Shown here one piece after another: positions 44,403 to 57,898 of a stretch of 64,000 nucleotides of DNA. Below the pieces are notes generated by a model. That model saw only the letters and a program-made list of their open reading frames with translations, did no database searches and was not told the origin of the DNA. The DNA comes from Eledone cirrhosa. Taxonomy: Eukaryota. The stretch lies in the NCBI GenBank assembly GCA_964016885.1, contig OZ024742.1, positions 153,264,001-153,328,000 on the forward strand, read 5' to 3'. A program made the position numbers and the translations under genes. Position 1 is the first letter of the stretch. Each line of letters starts with the position of its first letter.

Positions 44403-44770
44403 ATGGAATATTCGCACTGGTCGCTGTCGAGAACTCAGTCGAGTTCCTCCGCAAGATCGGAACGTCGCTGGCCCGTCTGAGAAAAGATCCCCGCGAAATG
44501 CGGTGGCTGTTGCAGCGGACTTTGCTGGCCATTGTTCGCGACAATGCTTTTGTGGTCTCGTTCACGAGGTGCCGTCCCTTTACAGCCGCACCCTTGGTCC
44601 AGAGCCCAATCACCCTCGGTTTCCCTCCCTATTCTTCTGTGATACTAGAGTACTTGCATTCCCTCCCTTGTCTGTTTTTTCTTCTTTATATTTTCCTATT
44701 TTACATTCCATTCTTTCATCTCAATCTAAATTTTCTTTTTTTTCTTTTTCTATTAAACTATATTTATATG
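44403..44770 (+). mobile_element. 3' end of a CRE-like non-LTR retrotransposon
   Basis: IFALVAVEN..FLRKIGTSL...DPREMRWLLQRTLLAIVRDNA resembles the CRE C-terminus (F.P.AVET..FL..IG..D.RE..L.QR.S.A..RGNA). A pyrimidine-rich UTR with ATTAAA follows. Confidence 0.7.
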
Positions 44771-47599
44771 TTATATCCCAGGTATAAATTAACATGTAAC
44801 TACAAATTATATCAGAAACAGATCGTAGAAAGTTTATTAAGGCATTAAAATATATTTGATTCAACGTTCTGATATTTAAGACACACATCGTTAATTACTT
44901 AGGATTAACATTTTTAGCATTTTTTATAACAATCACATATAGTCGACTAAATGGACTCACGATGTACAACACTTGACATATACGTGTTATCAGTACGATT
45001 ATTGCTCTGTATGGATATATGCAAAACTGCATTCATTTCTATTTATTTACTGAAAACAATATATTAATATTTCACATGTGCTGATACCATCATTTGTAAA
45101 TACTTGCTTATTGATGCATGGTTTATTGATGTAGGTTATATCCATCAAGTAACTATATTTCATAGGTTTTTCTTCAAATGCATATGGTAATTTGAATGGA
45201 ATGGATGAGAACTATTCACTGTTTCCATTTATCAAATATTCCCAGCTTTTGTAGTTCTCTGTCAATTTGGATAATAATAGCGAGAACTATTTTCAGATGA
45301 AGATGATCCTATGATTCAATCAATGGCATTAGGATAAAGACGATTGGAAAGTTTCTTTTTGTTAGATTGTCAAAAGAAAACGTAATTTTCCATAGAAAAT
45401 CCCAAAGAGGAATAAATTATGTTAATATTTGCTTTAGAAGAAATAAATATTTCTAAAATTAATCGTTTTGAGGAATTTATTGTTTTTGTTACCAGTATAG
45501 AATAAATTTAACGTAAGCAGGCAATGTTTGACAATTCAAACTGGAAACGTTAATATTAATAAACATTAAGAGGATATTTATGAAAAAACCCTATTTCAAT
45601 TTGACATTTTTCTAATTAATTTTATATAATAATATGATATTTGATTCCAGTTTTATTGCTAGCAATATCTTGTGTCATATAAGTATATTATAAAAAAGCC
45701 CCATATGAGTAAAACACTAATGAGGAATGTTCACTTGGTTAGTTTCATTCATGGATAGAATTGAAAATAACACGCTATCCTAACACCGCATAAACAATTA
45801 ATGAATTTAGTGCCTTGCTTCTGTCTCACATCTGCCCGCACTAGAGTACCTATTATTTTGCTTCTTGTGCAAGTGATGCGTCCCAATAATCAGGCTACCC
45901 ATCTGCTGTCACACCCACTTCGTGGAGGACTGGGCATGCGGTGGATGATGATGTCCAATATATTGTGAGGATAAGACATCTCCAACTTTTCTTCGACGAT
46001 GAACTAGTGTGCTCGTCATTCTTCAGGCAAGTGTTACTCCAGCTCGACTCTTTCACGGGACTGCAATCCAAGATATCTGGCAAAATCCGAGAGAGTATTT
46101 GCAAACTAGAATGTCGTCAAGCACACCCAGCCACCTAACAGTTGGGCTATCCGAACTGTAAAAAATATACTTTGGCGTTTCATAGAGAATTAGTGGTAGG
46201 GGAAAGCGACGGCGTTCTTGGGGAGAAATTGGGTGTCAGAATGATCAACTAACAGCTTTCTTCTGTTCGGGGCTAATGAATATCTTTCAAAAATCCCCGG
46301 CCTTTCAGTACTACCGGAGCAGCATGACCAGTTTGATATACATTCTACAGGCACGGACGTGCTGTCAGCCGAGCCTGCATATAAAGGGACGAATCTGTCA
46401 TTGACGCTGCCATTTAAGTTCCGAGGATTGCTAACGTGTGTGAAACAGCTGTTTTGACGAATACGAGAGATTCGGCTATCGACTGAAGACATCGTGAATA
46501 TTTCCCCGTCACATTCCTTTAGTCGGTAAAATCAGGCACTTTTCATCTTCCTCATGGCTATTGGTAAAAGTCGTTTTGTGTTGGATGCCGTTAAAGCGTT
46601 GAGGACCAGCCATTTCCTCTACAGTGACGCCCTGATTACACTTTTCAAGTTTCCATTGAAGAGGAAAATCAGATTGGAAAGGAAATGATGCTTTGGAAAC
46701 AATTTTGTTAAAGGTGGATGTAATTGTTGAGCATTTTCCGAATGAACGGGCCTGTTCTGAGAATGCACCTATACCTATATCTGGATATGGAGAGGGGCGT
46801 ATATACCCGATCATTCATGGTAATCTTGAGGTTTTGTGGGCTTTATGCTCGAGTTATCCTCTGTTGTTTTGAACGTTTACATGTTTCTTGTTTTCGTAAA
46901 CAAATTTTTACATGAAAAATCCAACTGTCTTTCTGTGGTTTTTTTAAACTTCTTCATGCGGGTAATTTTTGGTTAGTAAAGAAATTAATTTTTCCCTTTT
47001 TCCTTCAAATTTATTTCTACTTCTTGCTGAGTATCTTCCCGACACTTGGGGCAGAGAAACTCATTGTAAGCTACAACATAAACACACCAGATTGTTAGCG
47101 TTATGCACTTTATCTACTTACAAGTATATCCTTTGTTTTTTACATGTGCACATTATCTGTTTAAAATCATGATTACTATAGAATGATATTCAATCATATA
47201 AGAGTGCTCAATTATTTACAACGTATATAATTATGGAATATAATCTAATAAAAGCAATACATATAATTACACAGATGATTATCTTTCTCACTGCTATAGT
47301 ACTCTTCTCAATACCTGTGACGAATCACTTAAAACATATTTTGCAATTCTTGCTGTGATCCGAGCTTATCAAATTGATTTGCTGCAACATCACACAGAAT
47401 GCTCATTTTAAATCAATAAACGTGCTATTTTTATTTTGGTCCTTTACAATATTATCCGGTCTGTCAGTTTTGATCGTTCTGTGTGTATGTACAAAAAAGT
47501 CCCAATGAATCCCCTTCAGTTACAAACTCAGCGCGATGTTTATACCACTTACCAGCAGTTTTGAATTTACAATGCCGACATGTTAACCAGCGTAGATTT

Positions 47600-48150
47600 T
47601 GCCAACTCTGCCATGACTATCATCTACTGTTGCTAAAACTTTACTCCAGAGATTAAGTGGCCCATGATTTCAAGTTACAGAATCAGTACTTTGGAACTAC
47701 TCCATTTCTCATCTTATTGGCTTGATCATTCCGAGTTTGATCTTGAGAAGCTAATATGAAGGCTTCACTCTCTGCATTTAGCCTTGCGCTACGTATCCAC
47801 TAACGGTTGGGCTTCTGGCCAACATTAGCTTGTTTCCTACGCTTCACATATTTGCCACGCAGAAGTTTCTGATCCTACCTCGATGTTAATTGTTCTTGCC
47901 CTTTCTTCCTAGCAATTAATTGGTTGCCACAGTTACCTCAGTCTGTCCAGCCTGGATATTAGTCATGATTTCAGTTGCAGATTTTTGGTTATCTTTCAAG
48001 ATCTTGCTCCTCTTATAATTTCAAAGAGTTCAGGCATCCAGTCATTTGTTTCTAGTCCAAAAGTTGTGGTTTTGTAAGAAATTTGAAACTGGGTGAGGCC
48101 TAAGCGTCTTTGACTTCTGGGAAGATAAAAACGATGTAGATTTGCCTGTT
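47600..48150 (-). mobile_element. Highly degraded RLE-type LINE relic (HERO/NeSL-like)
   Basis: Minus-strand fragments NDW, RLD, EVTV and RTINIEVGS occur in the order of the RPD..ELTVP..IEVG restriction-like endonuclease motifs. Confidence 0.4.
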
Positions 48151-48902
48151 GGCTGTCAACTCTCTATATATCTCTGATATTCAAGTTCATGTACACCTAG
48201 GTGTGTTTCAACAATTAATTCGACTGAATTCGATTTTATGAATTTCTCGCTCTTTTTTTAGTGCTTTCTCTATCAATGAGTTTCAAAGGTATCTCCACTT
48301 TTGGGGAATTTGTTAAGTATTATTTTTAAATATTTATATTTTAGTTTACTTTATACAAGCTTCTCTCACACAAAAAGCTCACACTGTTGACTGGTTAATT
48401 TGACGAGACAGGTGCTCTTCTTCGATGCTCTCGAAGTGTCAGGTGGTTCAGGTTTGGTGGGGAACCTGAGACACCCCTGGGCAGTTCTCTCGCCTATTGA
48501 GCATTTTTTCTATTGTATGTGTCTGAGAAGATGTATGGTGTATAATAATAATACGTAAGATTACAGAATGTATGGGAAAAAGTATGATGATACCCTTGTT
48601 TCTGCTTTTGTTGTTAAGCAGTCATACAATGAAAGTCATTAATAGAGTCATTAAGAAAGGAATCCCTATTAATAGAGTCAACGAAAGCATCAAATTAGCA
48701 AAGTCGTTAGAATGTCAGAAACACGCGTGGGGGGTTCTGATTTCAGCTTCCTACGTACTGAGTTTTAACTCCCTCGTGGACGGCTTTCCCTTTGATTTTT
48801 TTGTTCTGGTAGATAAAATAAAGGAGCGGTTTTGTATTCGGGTCAAAGTATTTGAAACACCCTTCCTCCTAATATTGATGTCATTGTGTTTCTTTAGATA
48901 AC

Positions 48903-48988
48903 ATTCATCCTTACGTGGTCGATAAAATAAAGTACCCGTAATACACTGGGATAATTTCTGGCCTTGTGTACAAAGTAGAAACAATTAT
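48903..48988 (+). mobile_element. SINE 3' fragment
   Basis: TTCATCCTTACG..GTCGATAAAATAAAGTACC..AAGTAGAAACAATTAT. Confidence 0.8.
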
Positions 48989-50188
48989 TTCTATAGCCAT
49001 TCTGTAGATAATTTTCATGCGTTTGTGTTCATTTGGTTTATTGTTTTTAAAGTTTAGATAAGTTTTGAGGAAAATGTGACAGAATTTATTAGCTCATCGC
49101 GTGAACACGTCGTTGTGACACACACGCTGTTTGCAATACTCAAACATTTCTTGTCATTTGCAAACATACAAGATAATATCATTCTAAGAATAGAAACAAG
49201 CGCGATTTTCTTGCCCCAGGGGGATTTTGTCGTTGCTTTTGAAAAAAAGTCCTACTTTAATATCTATAAAAAATATCACCGTATTTTAGGAAAATAATAT
49301 GAAAATATGAAATTCCCATTATCCATGTAAGCAGCCATGTATTGAAATGGGAAGGCAGATATCTATCCAAGTAAAATTGCTTCTTTCCTTAATACATTTT
49401 ATATCGGATGATATAGGTAATATCTTCGACATACTCGTGCATAGGATAATGTTAGAGTAGAATCTGGGAGATGGAAGCAACAATGCGAAAATGGTTGTAA
49501 TCCTACATCATGTAGAGATTAATCTAAAATTAAATATGGCGGTATAAGGAAAATGTATAAAGAAAATTAGTTTAATAACCGCATCTTATCATATATATTT
49601 CCCATTAAGTGTTTCATGCATAAACAACACATAGGTTATTACATTAATGGCAAAGCGGCATGTATGCATGAATGTACGTATGTACATATGAGTGTATGTT
49701 TGTATCTATGATTGCATGAATGTATGTATATTTGTATGTATGTCAGTAAATATATATGTCTGTCTGTATGTATGTATGCATAAATGCGTAACTTTCTCAT
49801 AATTCAGAGTTTATTTATGTATGCATGTTTGTATAATTGTATGCATGTATAAAACCATGCATGTACGAATGTATTTATATCAGTGTAAATACATTTGTGA
49901 TCATATACGTAGTGCGTGTGATGATGTATATGTCTGTACATATGCATGTATTCATGAGTTTATGTGTTCGTATGTCTGATCTAATCTTTATGATGTTTGG
50001 TTCTAAATCAGGAGACACCTGGTTAGGACCAGTTTGGGTGTTTTTGAAACAACAAGCTTTAAGAAGAAAGTTACTGTAATTCACACGGTCGGCTTTGCCA
50101 CACAAATGTTTATGCCCATTTCGACATGGAATCGCGTGCTACCAATGTATATATTTGCGTGGCTGCATCTGCATGTTGATGTGTGTAT

Positions 50189-50221
<33 letters not shown>

Positions 50222-50635
50222 GCATAAATGCGTAGGTATATATAAATATATATTCACGTAGAGGAGGTGGGGTTGGTGTGTGCACTTGTCTCTGTGTGAG
50301 TGAGTGTTTCTATACGTGAGTGTTCATAGATATAATATATACGTATGCCTGTTCGTGAGCATATTTAATATACAAAGCCCATTGTCCCACTTTTTTTCTA
50401 TATAATGCAAGCATGAGTGAATAAATATAAAATGAAAAATGTTCAGCGCATTAAAAAAGATCGAAGTTATGTTTAACAGGTTAAATATCTCCACATTTCA
50501 TCGGCCAACAAAATTACCATTGTTTAGTTCATGGTAAATAATTCAACTTTCCATCTCATTATATATATAAATATAAAACTAACTAAATAATTATATATAT
50601 ATACACGCATATATATATATATATTTATTTAGTTA

Positions 50636-50681
<46 letters not shown>

Positions 50682-50946
50682 CATATATATATATACACAT
50701 ACATATATATAGATGTATGTATATATTTATATATATATATATATAATATATATGTATATATAAATAAATATGAATATATACATATATATATAAATGTGTA
50801 TGTATATATGCATTATATATATGTATATATATATATGTATATATATATATAAATATATATATATACATATATATATATAACATATATATACACACACACA
50901 TATATATATATGCGATTCTTTGCTTAAACTTTAATCTGTTATTTTA

Positions 50947-50987
<41 letters not shown>

Positions 50988-51238
50988 TTTTGTTCTAAGA
51001 TTTTCATTGCCTGATTTTTTAACCACAGTATAAATTAGATGTTTTAATGTTTTCTCTTTGATATAAGGGGAACCATTTATTCATACATAAAATAATCTAA
51101 TGTAAATTTAAAAAAACCCGAATATTTTAATCGGGATTAATATCTAGACAATTAGATGCTTACCTGTTCATTTTCTGACAGAATTCACGCAAATCGAAAA
51201 ACTGACACCTAATCATCTATGCGAGGTTAGATATATTT

Positions 51239-51311
<73 letters not shown>

Positions 51312-51325
51312 TATATATATATTTA

Positions 51326-51357
<32 letters not shown>

Positions 51358-51520
51358 TGTACACACATATATATATATATGCATACATATAAATATCCAT
51401 GAATATAAAAACACACACACACACACGCGCGCATATATATATATATATAAGTATGTATACGTGCATACAGATATGTATACATACGTACAGTAGTATGTAT
51501 ATATATAGCTACATGCACAT

Positions 51521-51585
<65 letters not shown>

Positions 51586-51589
51586 TATA

Positions 51590-51978
51590 GATTTACCGAA
51601 CAGTTATTACAATGCTCGGTGTGTTTGTAAACTAACATCCCGAATTAAGCTGTACAGTGTTTAGCAACCATCGTTGCCCTTTTGTTCAACACTGACACAG
51701 GAACGATGTACTAGTTTCAAGCTTATTACCTATCGTCAGCACCGTATACCTTCCTGCCAGATGATTGAACGTTTGAAAGAATATACTTACCTTATGCATA
51801 TTAACGGCTGAGCAGCCCAATTTGCATATCGAGAGAGTTGCTCGGCCGGGGGCATCGAAAACGATAAATGTTGTCAGTTTTGAACAAAAGGGAAACGATG
51901 GTTGCTAAACACTGTACGGCTAATTCGGGATGTTTGTTTACAAACAAACCGAGCATTATAATAACTGTTCGCTAAATC
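51590..51978 (-). mobile_element. Fold-back mini-element (~108-bp arms) with internal hammerhead
   Basis: 51590-51697 pairs with 51872-51978, in a TA-rich context. Confidence 0.85.
51698..51756 (-). ncRNA. Type I minimal hammerhead ribozyme
   Basis: Minus strand: CAGGAA..CGGTG-CTGACGA-T AGG TAATAAG CTT-GAAAC TA GTA-CATCG-TTCCTG. Stem III is the palindrome ACTAGT, with a GUA cleavage triplet. Confidence 0.8.
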
Positions 51979-52239
51979 CATGCGTACATATATATATGTG
52001 TGCATGTATGTATATATATATACATACTACTGTAGTCTGTATACATATATGTATGTACGTATACATACTTATATTTAAGTAACAGACGTACTAAGAGTGA
52101 ATGAGAAATAAAATTTCGTTTCCTTCTTTTCCATTTATATATATATAAATATGTGAGAAAGTTAATGTGTGTGTGTATATATGTATATTTTCCCATGTGC
52201 CAAGGACATAGCTGAACATATTCTTGCTGCAAAATTCAC

Positions 52240-52950
52240 ACGGCCAAAGAACCACCGAATCTATACATATTCAAACTATATTTTGAAAGCAATTACTGCC
52301 ATAAAGTAAAGATTCCAGCACAATTTTACAATTTCATGTTGAGGAAACTGGATAACTAAACACAAGTCCTAGAAATTAATCAACAAATTTGTTTTTAATA
52401 TTTTGGATGTTTACCGGACAAAGAAAATACCCTATGCCTACAGCTAGATGTAAAGGATTTTTAAATGAGGAATTCTAAATCCTCATCCATGCAAGGAAAA
52501 CATTTGTGTACCATGACGGATGTTTATACGTAAACAGGAAATCCATTCGCCCTTACCATGTTAGTAATGATGCAAATGATTCTGCAGGGATCACTAAATT
52601 ATTTGTTCCGTATATCCTGAAAAACAATTAAAACCATTTTCCACGAGGATTAGTGGTGACCTACAGCATGAACACTACATATTCCCACCGCAAATTTACC
52701 ACTTGTACGTCTAATATATACAGACAAAATCTCCACCTGATCTTAAGTAACATTGAATTCAAAGTAACAATATGGATACATACATATGATTATATTATGG
52801 TAGGAAAATACAAACAGCAATAAATATATCCCACTTACACTGATATTTCAAATAACATGCAATTGGTTTGGAAGACGAAATGTTTTACAGAATAAATCAA
52901 GACAATCCTATCCGCAGTTATCTGTCCTGTGAGACTGAAATCTTCCACAT
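52240..52950 (+). pseudogene. Ancient Naiad-type RT relic
   Basis: Collinear fragments CLQLDVKDF (~FIQFDIDAY), ILIHARKTFVYHDGCLY (~IVLAARKSIIMFEDNLW), NDSAGITKLFVPYIL (~SDSAQVTDLVGLYLL) and RSYLSCETEIF (~RISSLSHSEAAF). Confidence 0.7.
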
Positions 52951-53251
52951 TATATATATTGAATATATATTAGCTTTCACATTTTCCTATGTACTTAATA
53001 TTGTCATTTATGTATTTTACCTGCGCTTCTTCTTAAATTCGTGTTATCCAAGGACATTTATTAGCAGTTATTCCAAACCTCTGCTGCAAGTAAATAATGA
53101 AAAATATGTTTTTAGAACTGAACTGCAAATATACACACATACATGTATGCATACACACACATGTATAATATATATATATATATATATATATACTGTGTGT
53201 GTGTATGTGTCTGTGTGTGTGTGTGTGTGGGAGTGTATGCATATATATACA

Positions 53252-53291
<40 letters not shown>

Positions 53292-53304
53292 CAAACACAC
53301 ACAT

Positions 53305-53395
<91 letters not shown>

Positions 53396-53461
53396 CAGAA
53401 AACTCTGACATCGAAGTTATTGTTTTAAAAATCCTATTACATATGTGTATGTATATGTATA

Positions 53462-53632
53462 ATAATTGTTTCTACTTTTGGCACAAGGCCAGCAAATTTC
53501 CCAGTGTTTTACTGGTACTTTATTTTATCAACCCCGTAAGGATGAAAGGCAAAGTTAACCTCGGCGGGATTTGAACTCAGAATGGAAAGGGCTGTAACTC
53601 TTTGCGTCCGACCCTCTACCGACACTGCCAAT
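53462..53632 (-). mobile_element. tRNA-derived SINE
   Basis: Family match with a small internal deletion. Confidence 0.88.
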
Positions 53633-54420
53633 GTATAATAATATTTAGTACAACCATAAACTTCAGAATTTCCCTATACTTACGTTTATGCATGAAGTTA
53701 TTGTTTTGAATTAACCTTCTCCGTTCAATTGAGAGACGTTCATACCACGTGGTTAAACTCGTTCTAATACAAGTATACCCATGATTTAAGAATAACAACT
53801 GAGATGCATATATATATACAAAGATCAATTATTTTCATAATGTAAAGTGTTTTATAAGCCAAATTCGAGCTGACAGATATGCTTTATTTTTAAGATTGGG
53901 GATTTAGAAATGAAAATATTAAATATATAGAAATACAATATTTTCTCATTATATTATATCTTTAATTGGACAATACAGCTTGATAGAACTTGAATAGATG
54001 AATTGTTTCAACTTGCGGTTTGCACATTAACATTTTTCTGATTTTGTTTTTTCTATAATCACTTATTTAAATTGTTTTAACACTAAAATAGCATGTGTAC
54101 CTAGCTCAATGTTTCTATTACAAATCCCGTAAATTCTCTTTCATCCTGGAATTAGACAGTTCTGTATGTTAAACATTTAATATTTCAGAACAAGATGGTG
54201 ACATCCAATATTGATTAACAATTAGTTAACGGTGACCATCGGTAGAAAGATTTTCTTTTGATCATGGTTATACGAAATTTCCCTCCTTCAAAATGTGAAC
54301 AAATTAAATATTGACAAGGACTTGAGGTACTTAAACCTTCTACTCCAAGGTATGAGGATTTTGAAAATTCAATTTCAAGTGAATTAGACCTCCGTCAGTC
54401 GTGCAAAGAACAATTTTAAC

Positions 54421-54560
54421 ATTGGCAGTATCAGTAGAAAGTCGGACGCCATGCTTTGCAGCAAAGAGTTACGGCCCTTTATAGTCTGAGTTCAAATCCC
54501 GCCAAGGTTAACTTTGCCTTTCATCCTTGCTGGCCTTGTGCCAAAAGTAGAAACAATTAT
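54421..54560 (+). mobile_element. SINE with internal deletion
   Basis: A-box TGGCAGTATCAG and B-box GTTCAAATCC, then TTTCATCCT joined directly to TGCTGGCCTTGTGCC. Confidence 0.85.
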
Positions 54561-54583
54561 TTATGCTCAATTACACACCTGCG

Positions 54584-54717
54584 TCTACTAACTTCTGTTT
54601 TTTTCCTTGAGGAACGAACGTTTTTGCACCTGTGATGAGCGGAAAGTAACTTTCACACATTTTAACAATAGAGCAAAGGTCGACTTACACACGGGCAACG
54701 CCGGGTACTTCTGCTAG
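54584..54717 (+). mobile_element. Helitron-like 3' terminus
   Basis: CACGGGCAACGCCGGGTACTTCTG-CTAG|T: a GC-rich subterminal element followed by CTAG and T. The 5' boundary (TCTACTA at 54584) is uncertain. Confidence 0.55.
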
Positions 54718-54739
54718 TATATATATATATATATATTTT

Positions 54740-55945
54740 TAAGTTGCGACAATAAACAGAAAACAAAAAACGTGGAAGCGAAGAGGCAGTACAAAAGATA
54801 TTATTAGTTTCACGCTTGAGAGTGGGGGATGGTGGACGACGTTTCGGGCTTACACCCTTCATCCGGAGAAAAGTGGGCAGGAAGTGAGTTCCGAGGGTGT
54901 GTGGGGAGTGGTCGAAAGACCTTAAAAAAATGTGTTAAAAAACTTAGTTTAAAAAGGGGAAGGAAGAAACTGGAGTAAAATGAAGTGTTTGGAGAGTAAA
55001 AAAAAAGAAACCAGTGGTGAAATTGTGTTAAACGTGTAAGGCTGGTGGTGAGTGGAGGGGGGATGGATAGAGGAGAGGGAGACGAGGGATCCGAGCGGAG
55101 AGAGCTGAAAGTGGTGTGTGTGTGTCTAGATGTACGTGTGTGTGTGTGTGTGTCTGTGTGTGTGTGGATGTGAATGTGAGTGTTGGGGGAAAAAAACGAG
55201 GTTCCATGTTTGGGTAATCGGGAAAACCGGTGTGTACATGGGATGGGGTGTGAGTCGGTGTGTGTGCGCGTGTAGATGGAGAGAGGTCAGAGGGGGTGGA
55301 TGAGAGGGGCGTGTGGAGTCCTGAGGCTGAGTGTGTGTATGTGGGGATACGCACGTGTGTGTGTTTATATGTGGTGTGGGTGTATGGTGGCGGGGTGTGA
55401 AAATAGTGTAAGTGTTTGTGTGTGTGTGTTACTGGGGTTTTTCCGCGGATTGTGTGATCAAATGTTGGAGATTCTGGTTGTGGCAGTATGGATTGCTGGA
55501 GCGATGGGATAGTGGTGTAAAATCCTGGTGTGTTACTAAGGAAGTGGAGAGTTTGGGGTGCGCGCGCAACAGTTGTCAGATGATCAAGGCATGGAAAAGG
55601 AGGTGGGAGGAAGGAGATGGCAGTAGGGAGATGACAGCGGTAGTAGTGTGGAGGCTGACAGGTATAGAGAGGTCGGTTTGTGGTGGGGAATGTATGTATG
55701 TGTGTCCGGTGGACAGATGAGAGAATGGGTAGGTGTGAAATGTGGAGGGAGAGGGTGGTGGTGTGGGGGATCGGTGTGGTGATATTAGTGGAGTTGTTAG
55801 TGGGAGTGGGGAAAGTTGGTAGAGCGGGGAGAAATAGGGGTGGAGTAAGTGTTGGGGAGTTAGAAGGGAGTGTAATGTACTGGTGTGTGCGTGAGGATGT
55901 TTGGATATGAATGTGTGTGTGTGTGTGAGGTGTATATATATATAT
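54740..55945 (-). mobile_element. Non-coding TA-embedded element with strong G/C strand skew and a hammerhead-like core (probable PLE 3' tail)
   Basis: Minus strand 54835-54866 reads CCGGATGA-AGGG TGTAAG CCC-GAAAC GTC GTC. TA runs lie at both ends. Confidence 0.45.
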
Positions 55946-55949
55946 ATAT

Positions 55950-56795
55950 GTAAATATGATAATAAGGGCGCTGCGGAGTTGCAAATGGGTTACATATGAA
56001 AAAAGTTTGTCCTTCATCAGTGATCTTCCAACTATCATAGGTATTTCATCGCTTTAAAGACCATATACCTCCGGTTGGTGCGAGCAACGGCTAAAGAAAG
56101 TCGTTGGGACACGTAAATAAAGGGGACGCGAGGGTAAACAAACAAAATGGTGAGGCAACAGAAAGTGAGGAATAAGGAGACAAGTCCCAGATTTATATGA
56201 ATTTAAGTTCGGTGAAATCGTGAACGAGAGAATAAAGACCATCAAACCTGGTTGAAATGTGAGCAAGGAAGGAATTTCGCACAGGTCTAACGGGAGGAAG
56301 AAGGGGTCTGGTCTGCGAATTCGGTAAACATAAGTTCTGTGAAATCCTGGACGAGAGAGAAAAAATTACGACCAGCTTGGCCGAGAATGTGAGAGAAAAG
56401 AATTACTCACAGGTCAAGCGGGAAGAAAGAGGAGGAGGAGGAGAGGTAGTGACAGAGAATGAGTGAGTGAAGGGTGAGGTGAGGAAGAGGCTAACAGAGA
56501 GAGAGACTGCTAGAAAGGGTAAAGATATATAGAACGAAAAAGACGGTGTAGCAGCAGAGGAAAAAATATGTGTAAATATGATAATAAGGGCGCTGCGGAG
56601 TTGCAAATGGGTGCCTTATTATCATATGTACACATATTTTTTCCTCTGCTGCTACACCGTCTTTTTCGTTCTATATATCTTTACCCTTTCTAGCAGTCTC
56701 TCTCTCTGTTAGCCTCTTCCTCACCTCACCATTCACTCACTCATTCTCTGTCACTACCTCTCCTCCTCCTCCTCTTTCTTCCCGTTTGACCTGTG
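55950..56795 (-). mobile_element. Non-coding element with 42-bp terminal redundancy and ~185-bp inverted arm
   Basis: TGTAAATATGATAATAAGGGCGCTGCGGAGTTGCAAATGGGT occurs at ~55950-55991 and 56571-56612. Segment 56408-56591 pairs almost perfectly with 56613-56795. Confidence 0.75.
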
Positions 56796-56862
56796 ATATA
56801 TGCATTGAATATATGCAGTGATATATGCATTGAATATATGACCAGTGATATATGCATTGAAT
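56796..56862. repeat. Short minisatellite (ATATATGCATTGAATATATG(AC)CAGTG, ~2.5 copies)
   Basis: Directly visible immediately after the inverted arm. Confidence 0.85.
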
Positions 56863-57805
56863 AAGAGTAACTAATTAGAATAGAGATATATGGTGAACAA
56901 TGTAATTTTGGTTTATTACATAAGCAAAACGTATCAATAATTATTTTGAAATGTTAATTATTCCCCGGGGAGAGCACAATATCTTATATTCCATTACAAT
57001 ACGAAATAATACCTTGAAATATTTTAAAATCAAATATAAATTTGCTGTTCGATTCATTGAGGTTCTTTTTTGTAGCGGAAGTGTGTTTCAGGAAATGAGT
57101 TAAACCGAAGTGGCATCGCACCCACCGATGCTAGAACTTCATGAAACTAGGTAGACAGATGAATTAACCAACTATTCAGAAAACAAAATATCAGGACCCC
57201 TGCATTACAAATGTTAGTCGAAATTGAACAATTTCCTACAAATCATGTGAGTGTTGTATCAGGAATATCATTTCTGGCAGCCGATTCTGAAACAATACTA
57301 CTGACCTGTGGAATATTCTAAAAACAAAACAAAACAAAAAGCAAAAAGAAATACAAAAGCAAAAATAACAACAACACTAAATACGTGATAGTAATTATAA
57401 TGGTCAATTAATTATTTCTTTAGTGGAGTTAAAATCATTCTCTTTTATTTGTTATTTTGTTTGAAAAATATCCGCTGCAACTAACTCCCGTTTTATTTTG
57501 TTCCAGGAATTAATCAATATTCATAGCTCATTTTTGAGATTTTGACACGATGTTAAATATTATTCGCATGAAAGAATGGAATCTAATCTATTTCCAAAAC
57601 AAAATCTGTCATTAATATTCATGACGTCATAATGGTTGATGTTATTAAATTCTGTTAGTTGTACACCGCAATTCATCGCGAGTAATAGTTTAAAAAATGA
57701 TATTCTCTTCGACAATGCTTGAACATTTTTCACGAGGCGCATATTCATATATAATATATAATATATAATATAATATAATATAATATATATGTATTTATAT
57801 ATATG

Positions 57806-57898
<93 letters not shown>

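Noticed and set aside
55028-56038. 336-aa Pro/Thr/His-rich ORF
   Set aside because: It is a by-product of a C/A-rich strand depleted of stops, and it crosses a TA run joining two separate elements.
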